Both the position numbers and the translations under genes were made by a program. Positions 50,615-60,749 of a stretch of 64,000 nt of DNA are shown one piece after another. The DNA is taken from the NCBI GenBank assembly GCA_041686375.1, contig JAWLEB010000007.1, positions 4,302 to 68,301 on the forward strand, given 5' to 3'. Under the pieces are notes generated by a model. It was given only the letters and a program-made list of their open reading frames with translations, searched no databases and was not told where the DNA came from. How positions within the stretch are numbered: position 1 is the stretch's first letter; every line of letters begins with the position of its first letter. The stretch comes from Bacteroidales bacterium (GTDB lineage: Bacteria; Bacteroidota; Bacteroidia; Bacteroidales; UBA12077).

Positions 50615-53600
50615 ATGAGTGAACCAATATTAAAAGCTTTGATGCAGTTATTTGCCATCATTGGGCATCCAGTGAGCAATGCAGGGGAAAGAAGGGCAAT
50701 TGTTGAGTATTTTCTTAAACGGCAGATCAACCAGGAAGCTACAAAACAATATCTCCAGATATTTGATAAATTCTATAGAGAACACCAGAAAAAAATAAAA
50801 GAAAAGAAAAAAAGGGAAAAACGCACGTCTTCCAGCTCTGTGCGTGTTCTGAAAATATGCACAGAAATCAACGAGGAACTGACTCAAAAGCAGAAAAACG
50901 TTGTATTGCTCAGGTTGTTTGAATTTATAAAATCGGGCAAGCAAGTTACCGAACAAGAGATTGCCTTTCTTACTACTGTCGCAGATACCTTTAATATTTC
51001 CCAGGAAGAATTCGAGTTAATAAAAAATTTTGTTTTAAAGCCTTTTGATGAACTAATACCCTCAGAGCAAATTTTAATTATTGATAGTAATTCAACAATA
51101 TCCCTCCCGAAGGTAAAACATATGCGTTCCCCCAATTTAGATGGACAACTCAGGGTGATTGAGATACGCTCAACTTCGATGTACTTTATTCGTTACATTG
51201 GTTCAAGTGAGTTATATCTCAATGGCCAGCTATTGGAAAGAGATAAGGTATATGTACTGAATATAGGAGCATCAATCAGAAGTTCTAAAGTTAGTCCTAT
51301 ATATTATGGTGATATTATCAGTTTATTCAATATTGACAGAATAACAACCAGAATTACTTTTGAGGCCAGGGGTGTTGATTATATTTTTAAAAGTGGAGAT
51401 ATTGGACTGAGAGATATTAATTTTAATGAGTATTCCGGAAAACTAATAGGAATAATGGGGGCGAGTGGGACTGGAAAATCCACCTTGCTTAATGTTTTGA
51501 ATGGAAGCTATTTTCCGGCTTATGGAGAGGTACTCATAAATGATATTGACATTCATAAAGAAAATGAAAAAATAGAGGGATTGATCGGCTATGTGTCTCA
51601 GGATGATTTGCTAATTGAAGAACTTACAGTTTATGATAATTTATATTTTAATGCTAAGCTTTGTTTTGCAAATTATAGCAAAGAAGAACTAGAACAGGCT
51701 GTAAATAACACTCTGGAAGATCTGGGGTTATTTGATATTAAGGATATGGTTGTAGGAACTCCGCTGAATAAGAAAATTAGTGGAGGAGAACGCAAGAGAT
51801 TAAATATAGCTCTTGAATTGATCAGAGAACCGGCTGTTTTGTTTTTGGATGAACCAACATCAGGTTTATCCTCAAGAGATTCTGAAAATATACTGGATTT
51901 ACTAAAGGAATTGACCCTAAAAGGGAAGTTGATTTTTGCGGTTGTTCACCAACCTTCCTCAGAAATCTTTAAGATGTTTGATAAGTTGATGCTTCTGGAT
52001 ATGGGAGGATATCTAATTTATTCCGGAGAGCCTATTGAATCACTTATTTATTTTAAATCCAGCATACAGCATGCAAATTGGAATGAAAGCGAGTGCCCGG
52101 TATGCGGGAATGTCAATCCTGAACAAATCTTTAATATTATTGAGGCAAAGGTGCTTGACGAATATGGTAATTTTACCAATAACAGGAAAATATCACCACA
52201 AGAATGGAAAGAAAAATTTGATAACTCCGAGCTGAAAAAAAAACAGAAAAAACCTAAATCAAAAGTACAAATACCAGAGATTCATTTTAAAATTCCTAAT
52301 AAACTCAGACAATTTTTTATTTTCACTAAACGGGATGTACTTTCCAAACTTTCCAACACGCAATATTTGGTTGTTAATTTTATAGAGGCTCCTTTGCTTG
52401 CCTTTATTCTCTCGTATATTGTTAAATTTTATAATATTAATAGTGAATACGGCTATACTTTCACAGAAAACGGTAATGTGCCGGTTTACATTTTCATGGC
52501 TGTTATTGTTGCTCTTTTTATAGGATTAACAGTCAGTGCTGAGGAGATTATAAAAGACAGGAAAATACTTAAAAGGGAAGCATTTTTGAATTTAAGCTGG
52601 AATAGTTACTTATTTTCTAAAATTGCTGTTTTATTTATCTTGTCCGCTATACAAGCATTGATGTTTGTTGTTATTGGAAATTCTATTATTGAAATTAAAG
52701 GAATGTATTTTGAATACTGGTTGATGTTATTCAGTACCTGGTGCTTCGCAACGCTTCTGGGGCTTGTAATTTCTGATAGTTTTAAAACCGCTGTTACTAT
52801 TTACATTCTTATTCCGTTTTTAATTATACCGCAGCTTTTATTGAGCGGAATTATTGTTAAGTATGAAAAATTAAATCCAGACATATCAAACCCCAAGGAC
52901 ATTCCGTTTTATGGCGAAATTATAACAGCCCGCTGGGCGTATGAAGCTTTAGCCGTATATCAATTTACGCACAATGCTTATGAAAAACAATTTTACCCAT
53001 ATGATAAGGCCATGAGTGTTGGTGATTATAAAAATAACTATTGGTTACCTGCCTTAAAAAATCGGCTGAATTATTGCAGAAGAAATCTTGACAACCCGGA
53101 AAAAGAAGAACAAATAATTCAAAATCTAAAGTTGATACAAAATGAAATTAAAAAAGAATCAAATAATCGTTCCGCGGATTTAGTGAAATTTGATAATCCT
53201 GACACTATTACTTATGAAAATGCCGGACCTCAGCTTTTTCTGGATTTGGAGGATTATTTTGAGTTGGTCAGACGTTATTATATCAAATATTATAATAAAG
53301 CTAGTAATTTAAAAGACACGAAACTCCATGAGTTACAAAAAGACAGTTTGTCCAGACAACAATTTCTCAAGTTAAAACGGAATCATCATAACGAAAAATT
53401 AGCAGAATTTGTGAAAAACTCTAACGAGATAAATAGGATTCTGGAATACAATAATGAATTGATACAAAAAATTGATCCGATCTTTTTAGTCCCGGATAAC
53501 CCATTTATTAAATCACATTTTTATGCCCCTAAAAAACAAATTTTTGGGAACTATTATCATACATATTGGGTTAACTTGCTTGTAGTTTGGATTATGTCAA

Positions 53601-53710
53601 TTTTCTTGTATATTGTGCTTTATTTCAGATTGCTAAGGAAAGCGTTTAACTATTTTGAGGAAAAACAAATATTAAAACACAAAACAGCCACCAATAAAAA
53701 TAGAAGGTAA
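50615..53710 (+). CDS. ABCG/White-type fused ABC transporter (N-terminal TerB-like and FHA-like regions, NBD, ABC2 TMD, large extracytoplasmic domain)
   Basis: GASGTGKS, ISGGERKR, LFLDEPTSGL, VHQP and CPVC; the NBD precedes the TM helices. Confidence 0.85.
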   Translation: MSEPILKALMQLFAIIGHPVSNAGERRAIVEYFLKRQINQEATKQYLQIFDKFYREHQKKIKEKKKREKRTSSSSVRVLKICTEINEELTQKQKNVVLLRLFEFIKSGKQVTEQEIAFLTTVADTFNISQEEFELIKNFVLKPFDELIPSEQILIIDSNSTISLPKVKHMRSPNLDGQLRVIEIRSTSMYFIRYIGSSELYLNGQLLERDKVYVLNIGASIRSSKVSPIYYGDIISLFNIDRITTRITFEARGVDYIFKSGDIGLRDINFNEYSGKLIGIMGASGTGKSTLLNVLNGSYFPAYGEVLINDIDIHKENEKIEGLIGYVSQDDLLIEELTVYDNLYFNAKLCFANYSKEELEQAVNNTLEDLGLFDIKDMVVGTPLNKKISGGERKRLNIALELIREPAVLFLDEPTSGLSSRDSENILDLLKELTLKGKLIFAVVHQPSSEIFKMFDKLMLLDMGGYLIYSGEPIESLIYFKSSIQHANWNESECPVCGNVNPEQIFNIIEAKVLDEYGNFTNNRKISPQEWKEKFDNSELKKKQKKPKSKVQIPEIHFKIPNKLRQFFIFTKRDVLSKLSNTQYLVVNFIEAPLLAFILSYIVKFYNINSEYGYTFTENGNVPVYIFMAVIVALFIGLTVSAEEIIKDRKILKREAFLNLSWNSYLFSKIAVLFILSAIQALMFVVIGNSIIEIKGMYFEYWLMLFSTWCFATLLGLVISDSFKTAVTIYILIPFLIIPQLLLSGIIVKYEKLNPDISNPKDIPFYGEIITARWAYEALAVYQFTHNAYEKQFYPYDKAMSVGDYKNNYWLPALKNRLNYCRRNLDNPEKEEQIIQNLKLIQNEIKKESNNRSADLVKFDNPDTITYENAGPQLFLDLEDYFELVRRYYIKYYNKASNLKDTKLHELQKDSLSRQQFLKLKRNHHNEKLAEFVKNSNEINRILEYNNELIQKIDPIFLVPDNPFIKSHFYAPKKQIFGNYYHTYWVNLLVVWIMSIFLYIVLYFRLLRKAFNYFEEKQILKHKTATNKNRR

Positions 53711-53744
53711 CTGTTTTTACTTTTTTTGTTGTATAAACAGCATT

Positions 53745-54125
53745 TTACTCTACAATCTCTATCATTTTAAAAGGTATGCGTATTATGGACTCGTAATCTT
53801 CTCCTGCTTCCAGCATATCTTCATCATCTTCTTCATAATACCAGTTTATTACAACTTCATTCCTTGCTTTCTTTATGGTCTCTAATTTCTTGAAAATATC
53901 CAATATACACTTGGAAGAGCTTGTGTTGAAATATTCAAGCTGCACGTTAACGGTTGTCTTCTTCTGTGGATCGTCTGCGTATTCTTCCAGCCACTCAACA
54001 ACGGGTCTGTAGAATTCGATAGAATTCTCCGGAATGGAACGTCCTTTGATTTCGATTGTTCCGGTTTTAGGATTTAAATTTACTGTTGGTGTTTTTGTGG
54101 TTCCTTCTATTGAAATTGATTCCAT
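53745..54125 (-). CDS. SiaC-family regulatory phosphoprotein (DUF1987), copy 2
   Basis: GTTKTP, GRSIPEN, YFNTSSSK and WYYEEDDEDMLEAGEDY motifs. Confidence 0.92.
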   Translation of the reverse strand: MESISIEGTTKTPTVNLNPKTGTIEIKGRSIPENSIEFYRPVVEWLEEYADDPQKKTTVNVQLEYFNTSSSKCILDIFKKLETIKKARNEVVINWYYEEDDEDMLEAGEDYESIIRIPFKMIEIVE

Positions 54126-54148
54126 ATGATTTTGTTATATTTTATAAT

Positions 54149-54694
54149 TTATACAAAAATATCAAGATTGAAGAAAGAATATTTATCATTATATTGTGTG
54201 AAATCATAATCTATCCGCCCGTTTGTTCTTTTTGCCATATCAATTAACCCAAGACCCCCACCTCCTTTTTTTGAAAATTCTTGGTTGTTAAGAATGAATT
54301 TGTACAGTTCTTTTAACTCTTCTATATCCATTGATTTTATGTTGTCTAAACGCTCTTTTAAATCATCTTTTTTTTCGTTTCTAATAAAATTTCCTGTTGA
54401 AACTTTATAGAATTTATCTTCCATAGCAATAACAAATATCCCAAAATGTATATCAAAATTACCATTGTAAGTATCCGGTAAGTCATCAATGTGGTGATAT
54501 AAATTTTGAAGGCTTTCTACCAGTACATTATATAGCTTTTTTTTAATACTTTTCTTGTCAACCAAGTCCTCCAATTTAGCATCAATGACTTCTAAAACAT
54601 TAGTTATTAAGTCAGAAGAAATACTGCCTTTATATGCTAAAATAACATCTCCGGTGTTCATCTTCGAATAGAAATCATCAATACTTAAGCTCAT
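54149..54694 (-). CDS. SiaB-family protein kinase (DUF6272), copy 2
   Basis: LAYKG, VESLQNLYHH, TGN and KGGGGLGLIDM motifs; ATG at 54694 or GTG at 54718. Confidence 0.88.
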   Translation of the reverse strand: MSLSIDDFYSKMNTGDVILAYKGSISSDLITNVLEVIDAKLEDLVDKKSIKKKLYNVLVESLQNLYHHIDDLPDTYNGNFDIHFGIFVIAMEDKFYKVSTGNFIRNEKKDDLKERLDNIKSMDIEELKELYKFILNNQEFSKKGGGGLGLIDMAKRTNGRIDYDFTQYNDKYSFFNLDIFV

Positions 54695-54815
54695 ACAAGC
54701 CTTTTGAGTGTTATTCACTTATTTTTCAATTCAAACAAAAATAGAAAATAAAGTTGATAATTGATATCTTTTTTATATGTTAAAATTAAAAATAATGTTT
54801 TGTCATAACAAGCAT

Positions 54816-55970
54816 TTAACTTTTAAAACTTCCCTTGTAAATTGGAAAAAATTGCAGCTTGCATTCAACAGGACCATTAAATAAGGTGAACTTTTGTCTG
54901 GGATGTAGCCCGATTTGCTTGATAGCTTGTTTATTTCCACTAAATATCCAGGCTTCAAAACCTGCAAAATTATTTTTTAACACGGAACCAATATTATTAT
55001 AAAATTCTTCAATATTTTCCTTTTTTAATTTTTTATCATATGGAGGATTCATTATAATAATACCTTTTTTAAAGTCCTTTGCTGAAATGGTTTCAAATGA
55101 TTGAACCTTAAAGTCTATTTTTTTTTCTAAACCAGCTCCTTTGGCATTTGCTATGCTTGTTTCAATAGCTTTTTCTGAGATGTCCAGTCCTGTGATGCTT
55201 GCTTTTGGTGTATTCTTCTCCTGATGAATGTTATCGATAATTTTATGATGCAGTTCCTCATCGTAGTCCTTCCATTTTGTAAAGCCAAAGTCTTTACGAA
55301 ATTTATTAGGTGGTATATCGTAAGCAATCAAACCGGCTTCAATAGGAAGTGTTCCCGACCCACACATTGGATCCAGAAATGGAGTAGTGCTGTTCCATTT
55401 GGAAAGCATAATTATTCCTGCTGCCAATACTTCATTGAGAGGGGCTTTAATATTTCTTGCTTTGTATCCTCTTTTATGTAGGGATTCCCCTGAGCTATCG
55501 AGAGATATGGTGCAATTATCGAAGGCTATATGAATATTAATTCTATAATCTGGATTTGTCTTATCAATTGATGGTCGGAGCTGATATTTATTTCTAAAAA
55601 AATCGACTATGGCATCTTTAAGTTTTAGAGCAGCATAGTGGGAATGTTGTATTTTTTTTGAATTTACAAAACTGTCAATCAAAAAAGTATGGTACGGGGA
55701 AAAATAGCGATCCCATGCAATTATATTGGCCTTATCATACAGTTCATCATACGATTGTACTTTGAATTTCTCTATAGGAACCAAGATCCTTATAGCGGTT
55801 CTTAAATATATATTGGCTTTATATAGCAAAGCCTTGTCTCCTTCAAATTTAACAGCCCGGTTCAATATTTTAATGTTTTTTGCTCCAAGGTTTCTAATTT
55901 CTTGCGCAAGCAAATTTTCCAGGCCATAAAAGGTTTTCGCTGTAAAAATGGTATTTTTGTTCAGGGTCAT
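54816..55970 (-). CDS. THUMP-domain rRNA methyltransferase (RlmL-like)
   Basis: LHKRGY, APLNEVLAAG, DPMCGSGT and NPPY motifs. Confidence 0.9.
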   Translation of the reverse strand: MTLNKNTIFTAKTFYGLENLLAQEIRNLGAKNIKILNRAVKFEGDKALLYKANIYLRTAIRILVPIEKFKVQSYDELYDKANIIAWDRYFSPYHTFLIDSFVNSKKIQHSHYAALKLKDAIVDFFRNKYQLRPSIDKTNPDYRINIHIAFDNCTISLDSSGESLHKRGYKARNIKAPLNEVLAAGIIMLSKWNSTTPFLDPMCGSGTLPIEAGLIAYDIPPNKFRKDFGFTKWKDYDEELHHKIIDNIHQEKNTPKASITGLDISEKAIETSIANAKGAGLEKKIDFKVQSFETISAKDFKKGIIIMNPPYDKKLKKENIEEFYNNIGSVLKNNFAGFEAWIFSGNKQAIKQIGLHPRQKFTLFNGPVECKLQFFPIYKGSFKS

Positions 55971-56061
55971 AATATTATGGCTTTATATATCACTATTGTG
56001 CCGTTGAGGAAAAATCAATCTTTAATAATTAATTTTGTCAAAAATATAATAATTTTACTAT

Positions 56062-56763
56062 ATGCAACTTTTCTACGCTCCGGAAATAAATCAAAAAAGT
56101 TATACCCTTACACCTGAAGAATCACGGCATATTGTTCGTGTACTCCGACTGAAAGAGGACTCCCCGATTTTTCTTACGGATGGAAAAGGAAATTTTTATG
56201 AGGCTAAAGTAGCCGAACCGGATGCAAGAAAATGTAAAGTGAATATCATACGGAAAACTGGGGAATACGGGAAAAGAAAAATTTTTATCCATATTGCTAT
56301 AGCTCCAACAAAGAATATAAAACGTTTTGAATGGTTCCTGGAGAAATCCACTGAAATAGGAGTGGATGAGATAACACCAATTATTTGTGAGCACTCCGAG
56401 AGAAAACATTTGCGATTAGATAGGCTCAATAATATATTAATAGCTGCAATGAAGCAAGCCGTAAAAGCTTATCTTCCAACTATTCGCGAGCTCGTGAAAT
56501 TTGAGGATTTTATCAAACAGCCCCAAGACGGTATTAAGACAATAGCTGTATGTGATAATCAAAGTAAACCCCATCTTAGCAAGGCATGTGTTGGTTACGA
56601 CAGGATCACAATTCTCATCGGGCCCGAGGGAGATTTTAGTGCATCAGAAATTGAATCTGCTTTATCCAGAGGTTTTAAATCTGTCTCACTTGGTTCTGCC
56701 AGACTTCGAACAGAAACTGCAGGTATTGTTGCCTGCCATATTGCTAATTTAGTAAATGAGTGA
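56062..56763 (+). CDS. rsmE: 16S rRNA (uracil-1498-N3)-methyltransferase
   Basis: HIVRVLR, EKSTEIGV, IGPEGDFS and LGSARLRTETA motifs; TAATTTTG promoter element at 56030-56037. Confidence 0.95.
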   Translation: MQLFYAPEINQKSYTLTPEESRHIVRVLRLKEDSPIFLTDGKGNFYEAKVAEPDARKCKVNIIRKTGEYGKRKIFIHIAIAPTKNIKRFEWFLEKSTEIGVDEITPIICEHSERKHLRLDRLNNILIAAMKQAVKAYLPTIRELVKFEDFIKQPQDGIKTIAVCDNQSKPHLSKACVGYDRITILIGPEGDFSASEIESALSRGFKSVSLGSARLRTETAGIVACHIANLVNE

Positions 56764-56809
56764 TATATTCTCAATTTTGAGATAACTGTGTTAATGTTTA
56801 TATACCAAC

Positions 56810-56846
56810 AAAATCGCCTTTCCTGTATCTGAGAAAAGACGATTTT
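56810..56846 (-). terminator. Probable intrinsic terminator between convergent genes
   Basis: Minus-strand hairpin AAAATCGTCTTTTC...GAAAGGCGATTTT. Confidence 0.6.
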
Positions 56847-56869
56847 AGTATAATTTTTTCCTGCTAATC

Positions 56870-57079
56870 TTAATCGTGGCCAAAATGGAAGGACTGAGCG
56901 TAATTTATTACATTACCTATAATTCTATCATCGATTTCATAGGTATTTTGTTCCAGAAAATTGAAAATATCTGCAAACTTTTCAATTCCCAGTAACTCAT
57001 CCTTTTCTGGGCTGTAGATTAAGTTTCTCAGCTCTTCATCAGGAGGCGCAGGTTTTGTAGAGTGATGTTTCATAGGCAT
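56870..57079 (-). CDS. Small acidic hypothetical protein downstream of the sigma factor
   Basis: 69-aa ORF co-oriented with the sigma gene, ending IIGNVINYAQS, followed by a terminator. Confidence 0.55.
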   Translation of the reverse strand: MPMKHHSTKPAPPDEELRNLIYSPEKDELLGIEKFADIFNFLEQNTYEIDDRIIGNVINYAQSFHFGHD

Positions 57080-57138
57080 AAGTTTTATTTTATGAGTTTC
57101 TTACAAAACGGCACCTTCAAAACGATTATTGTAAAATG

Positions 57139-57176
57139 TTTTAACAAATTTTAACAAAAAACGGGAATTTTTAACA
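57139..57176. repeat. Three phased TTTTAACA direct repeats
   Basis: Copies at 57139, 57149 and 57169 (spacing 10 and 20 bp). Confidence 0.6.
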
Positions 57177-57184
57177 GGAGATGT

Positions 57185-57775
57185 TTATTGGGCTTTGAGA
57201 TTCAGATTTTTGTCTTCAATAAATTTTCTTAAATTTATTAAAGCATATCTCATTCGACCTAGGGCTGTATTAATACTAACGTTGGTTTGTTCAGCGATTT
57301 CTTTGAAGCTTAAACCTCCATAATGTCTTAAAAGAACTACTTCTTTCTGCTCTTCCGGTAAATAATCTATAAGTTTTCTTACATCGTTAACGATTTGTTC
57401 ATTCACAATTTCATCTTCAATTGTGCGATCAGCAAATTTCTGTGAATTGAATATATCAGCTTCATACTCATCATTGGAGTACATCTTGGTTTGTTTGTTT
57501 TTCCTGAAATAATCAATGATAAGATTATGGGCAATTCTTATGACCCATGATACAAATTTTCCACTTTCCTGATATTTACCCTTGTGTAGTGATTTTATAA
57601 CTTTAATAAAAGTCTCCTGGAATATATCCTCTGCCAGATGTTCATCTTTGACCATCAGTAGGATATAAGTATATACTTTATCTTTATATCTTGAAATTAA
57701 TCTTTCAATGCTTTCGGGATTGCCTGCTAAGTATTCTTTTATAAGATATTGGTCACTGTATTCCTTTTTTGTCAC
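57185..57775 (-). CDS. ECF-type sigma-70 family RNA polymerase sigma factor
   Basis: Region 2 (AEDIFQETFIK, WVIRIAHNLIIDYFR) and region 4 (LSFKEIAE..VSINTALGRMRYAL); GTG start with AAGGAGGT upstream. Confidence 0.92.
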   Translation of the reverse strand: MTKKEYSDQYLIKEYLAGNPESIERLISRYKDKVYTYILLMVKDEHLAEDIFQETFIKVIKSLHKGKYQESGKFVSWVIRIAHNLIIDYFRKNKQTKMYSNDEYEADIFNSQKFADRTIEDEIVNEQIVNDVRKLIDYLPEEQKEVVLLRHYGGLSFKEIAEQTNVSINTALGRMRYALINLRKFIEDKNLNLKAQ

Positions 57776-57944
57776 TATGACCTCCTTTTTGATTAATGAA
57801 AATTAGTCTGTATTTTCTCTTATTTGCAGTTAATTTGGGAATATTGCAAATAAACAAAAATTAATTAAAAAACAAAATAAATAATAAGACAAAATAGTTA
57901 ATAAACATTTCTAATTTTGCCCTCTAAAATATAATTCAACTATC

Positions 57945-60749
57945 ATGCCAGTGAATGCCAGAAATGAATATATTGTTGTAAAAGGAGCAAGGGTGCATAA
58001 TCTGAAAAATATAGATGTTCAAATACCCAGGGATAAATTAATTGTTATAACTGGAGTTTCAGGATCAGGGAAATCCTCGCTGGCTTTTGATACTTTGTAT
58101 GCCGAAGGACAGCGAAGATATGTAGAGAGTTTGTCCTCATATGCAAGGCAGTTTTTGGGAAGGATTGCCAAGCCTGATGTGGATTTTATCCATGGATTAC
58201 CCCCGGCCATTGCTATTGAACAAAAGGTTAATACAAGAAATCCACGCTCAACAGTCGGCACCTCTACGGAAATATATGAGTATCTTAAATTATTATATTC
58301 CCGTATAGGTAAAACATATTCACCGGTATCCGGTGAAATGGTTAAGAAAGACAATGTTACAGATGTTGTAAATTATATTCTGCAACTTCCTGAAAATACC
58401 AAAGCCCTTATTCTAACTCCTTTGCATGTTTATGAACCAGATAAAGCATTAGAATACCTACAAATAATTGAAAAACAAGGGGTAAATAGAGTTGAGATAG
58501 ATGGCGGTATATTGAGAATCAGGGATTTGGATACTGAAAGAATTACAAAAAGCAATCTCAAAAAATTAAACCTTGTTATTGACAGAATAAAGGTCAGGCA
58601 TTCAGACAATGAAAAAGCCCGTTATGAGGATTCTGTACAAATAGCATTTTCTGAGGGATTGGGAGTATGCTCTATAAAAACTATTGATGACCAGGCAACT
58701 TACGAGGAGTTTTTTAGTAATAAATTTGAACTTGATGGTATAGAATTCGAAGAACCTTCTGAGCACATGTTCAGTTTTAATAATCCGCTTGGGGCTTGTC
58801 CAACATGTGAAGGTTATGGAAAGATTATGGGTATTGATGAGGAACTTGTCGTACCCAATAAGCGGCTGTCTGTTTATGAAAATGCCATAGCTTGCTGGAG
58901 AGGAGAGAAGATGAAGAAATGGAAAGAAAAGCTTATTATGAATGCTGAGAAGTTTAATTTTCCTATTCATAAGCCATACGCTCAATTATCAGAAGAGGAA
59001 AAGCATTTGTTATGGACAGGGAATCGTTATTTCTACGGACTCAATGACTTTTTTGCATACCTGGAGAAGAAAAAATACAAGATTCAATATCGTGTAATGC
59101 TTTCGCGTTATCGTGGTAAGACTGTTTGTCCCGAATGTAAAGGAGCAAGGTTAAGAAAAGAGGCTAACTATGTTAAAATAGGTGATAAGTCCATCACCGA
59201 GCTTGTATTAATGCCAATCGACCGCTTGCATGATTTTTTTAGTAAGCTGGAACTTGATAGTTATGAATATCAAATTGCAGAACGTATTCTTTATGAAATT
59301 AATAGCCGATTGGAGTTTTTGCTCAATGTGGGTTTAGGCTATTTAAATTTAAACCGTTTAAGTTCAACGCTTTCCGGTGGTGAATCTCAGCGCATAAATC
59401 TTGCTACTTCACTTGGGAGCAGCTTGGTAGGTTCGATGTATATACTGGATGAGCCTAGTATAGGCTTGCATCCCAGAGATAATAACCGATTGATTTTAGT
59501 ATTGAAAAATTTACAGAAAATCGGTAATACTGTTATAGTTGTTGAGCATGATGAAGATGTCATAAGGGCCTCAGATCAAATAATTGATCTTGGTCCGCAA
59601 GCCGGAAGGTTGGGGGGAGAAGTTGTTTTTCAGGGCAACCAGGATGAAATTCTTAAAGATCAGAACAGTGTAACAGGAAAATTCTTACAGAAAGCTGATT
59701 TCATACAGTTGCCAGATAGTAGAAGAAAATGGAATAATTATATTGAAGTAAAAGGTGCAAGAGAAAATAATTTAAAGGGAATAGATGTCAGATTTCCACT
59801 GAATGTAATGACAGTTATAAGCGGTGTTAGTGGGTCAGGAAAGTCTTCATTGGTGAAGAGTATTCTTCATCCTGCTTTGAAAAGATACTATAAAGGTACA
59901 GGAGATAAAGCCGGCAAATATGATGAGATAACAGGAGACCTTAGTTTACTTGAGGATATAGAGTATGTGGACCAAAACCCCATAGGTAAATCGTCGCGTT
60001 CCAATCCTGTTACTTATATTAAAGCTTATGATGAAATAAGAAAGCTTTATGCCTCACAACAAGCGTCGAAAATCATTAATTTCAAACCCTCACACTTTTC
60101 ATTTAATACTCCGGGAGGGAGATGCGATGAATGCCAAGGGGAAGGTGTCATTAAAGTAGAGATGCAATTCATGCCGGATATTGTTTTGACGTGTGAAGTA
60201 TGCGGTGGGAAAAGATTTAAAGATGAAGTTCTTAATGTCCGTTTTCAGGGGAAAAACATATACGAGGTCTTGGAAATGACTGTCAATGAGGCTGTTGAAT
60301 TTTTCAATAGTTGCAACACGGCTATAACACGGAAAATTACCGATAAGCTAAAAGTTCTCCAATCTGTTGGACTGGGATACCTGAAACTTGGGCAATCTTC
60401 GAGTACATTGAGCGGAGGAGAAAGCCAACGGGTAAAACTGGCTTATTTCTTAAGTCAGCAATCTCAAAATGCTTCAACCCTATTTATTTTTGATGAACCC
60501 ACAACGGGTCTTCATTATTATGATATTTCCAAATTATTGACATCGTTTAATGAATTAATCAAAAAAGGACATACTGTAGTAGTCATTGAACATAACATGG
60601 AAATTATAAAATCAGCGGACTGGATTATTGATCTGGGTCCTGAAGGAGGTGAGAATGGAGGGGAGATAGTTTTTGAAGGAGTTCCGGAAGATATTATTGA
60701 TAATTCTAATTCATATACAGCTGAATACCTTTCACCTAAATTAAAGTAA
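57945..60749 (+). CDS. uvrA: Excinuclease ABC subunit UvrA
   Basis: Two NBDs (GVSGSGKSS twice, LSGGESQR twice) and Zn-finger CxxC motifs; TAATTTTG promoter element at 57912-57919. Confidence 0.96.
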   Translation: MPVNARNEYIVVKGARVHNLKNIDVQIPRDKLIVITGVSGSGKSSLAFDTLYAEGQRRYVESLSSYARQFLGRIAKPDVDFIHGLPPAIAIEQKVNTRNPRSTVGTSTEIYEYLKLLYSRIGKTYSPVSGEMVKKDNVTDVVNYILQLPENTKALILTPLHVYEPDKALEYLQIIEKQGVNRVEIDGGILRIRDLDTERITKSNLKKLNLVIDRIKVRHSDNEKARYEDSVQIAFSEGLGVCSIKTIDDQATYEEFFSNKFELDGIEFEEPSEHMFSFNNPLGACPTCEGYGKIMGIDEELVVPNKRLSVYENAIACWRGEKMKKWKEKLIMNAEKFNFPIHKPYAQLSEEEKHLLWTGNRYFYGLNDFFAYLEKKKYKIQYRVMLSRYRGKTVCPECKGARLRKEANYVKIGDKSITELVLMPIDRLHDFFSKLELDSYEYQIAERILYEINSRLEFLLNVGLGYLNLNRLSSTLSGGESQRINLATSLGSSLVGSMYILDEPSIGLHPRDNNRLILVLKNLQKIGNTVIVVEHDEDVIRASDQIIDLGPQAGRLGGEVVFQGNQDEILKDQNSVTGKFLQKADFIQLPDSRRKWNNYIEVKGARENNLKGIDVRFPLNVMTVISGVSGSGKSSLVKSILHPALKRYYKGTGDKAGKYDEITGDLSLLEDIEYVDQNPIGKSSRSNPVTYIKAYDEIRKLYASQQASKIINFKPSHFSFNTPGGRCDECQGEGVIKVEMQFMPDIVLTCEVCGGKRFKDEVLNVRFQGKNIYEVLEMTVNEAVEFFNSCNTAITRKITDKLKVLQSVGLGYLKLGQSSSTLSGGESQRVKLAYFLSQQSQNASTLFIFDEPTTGLHYYDISKLLTSFNELIKKGHTVVVIEHNMEIIKSADWIIDLGPEGGENGGEIVFEGVPEDIIDNSNSYTAEYLSPKLK

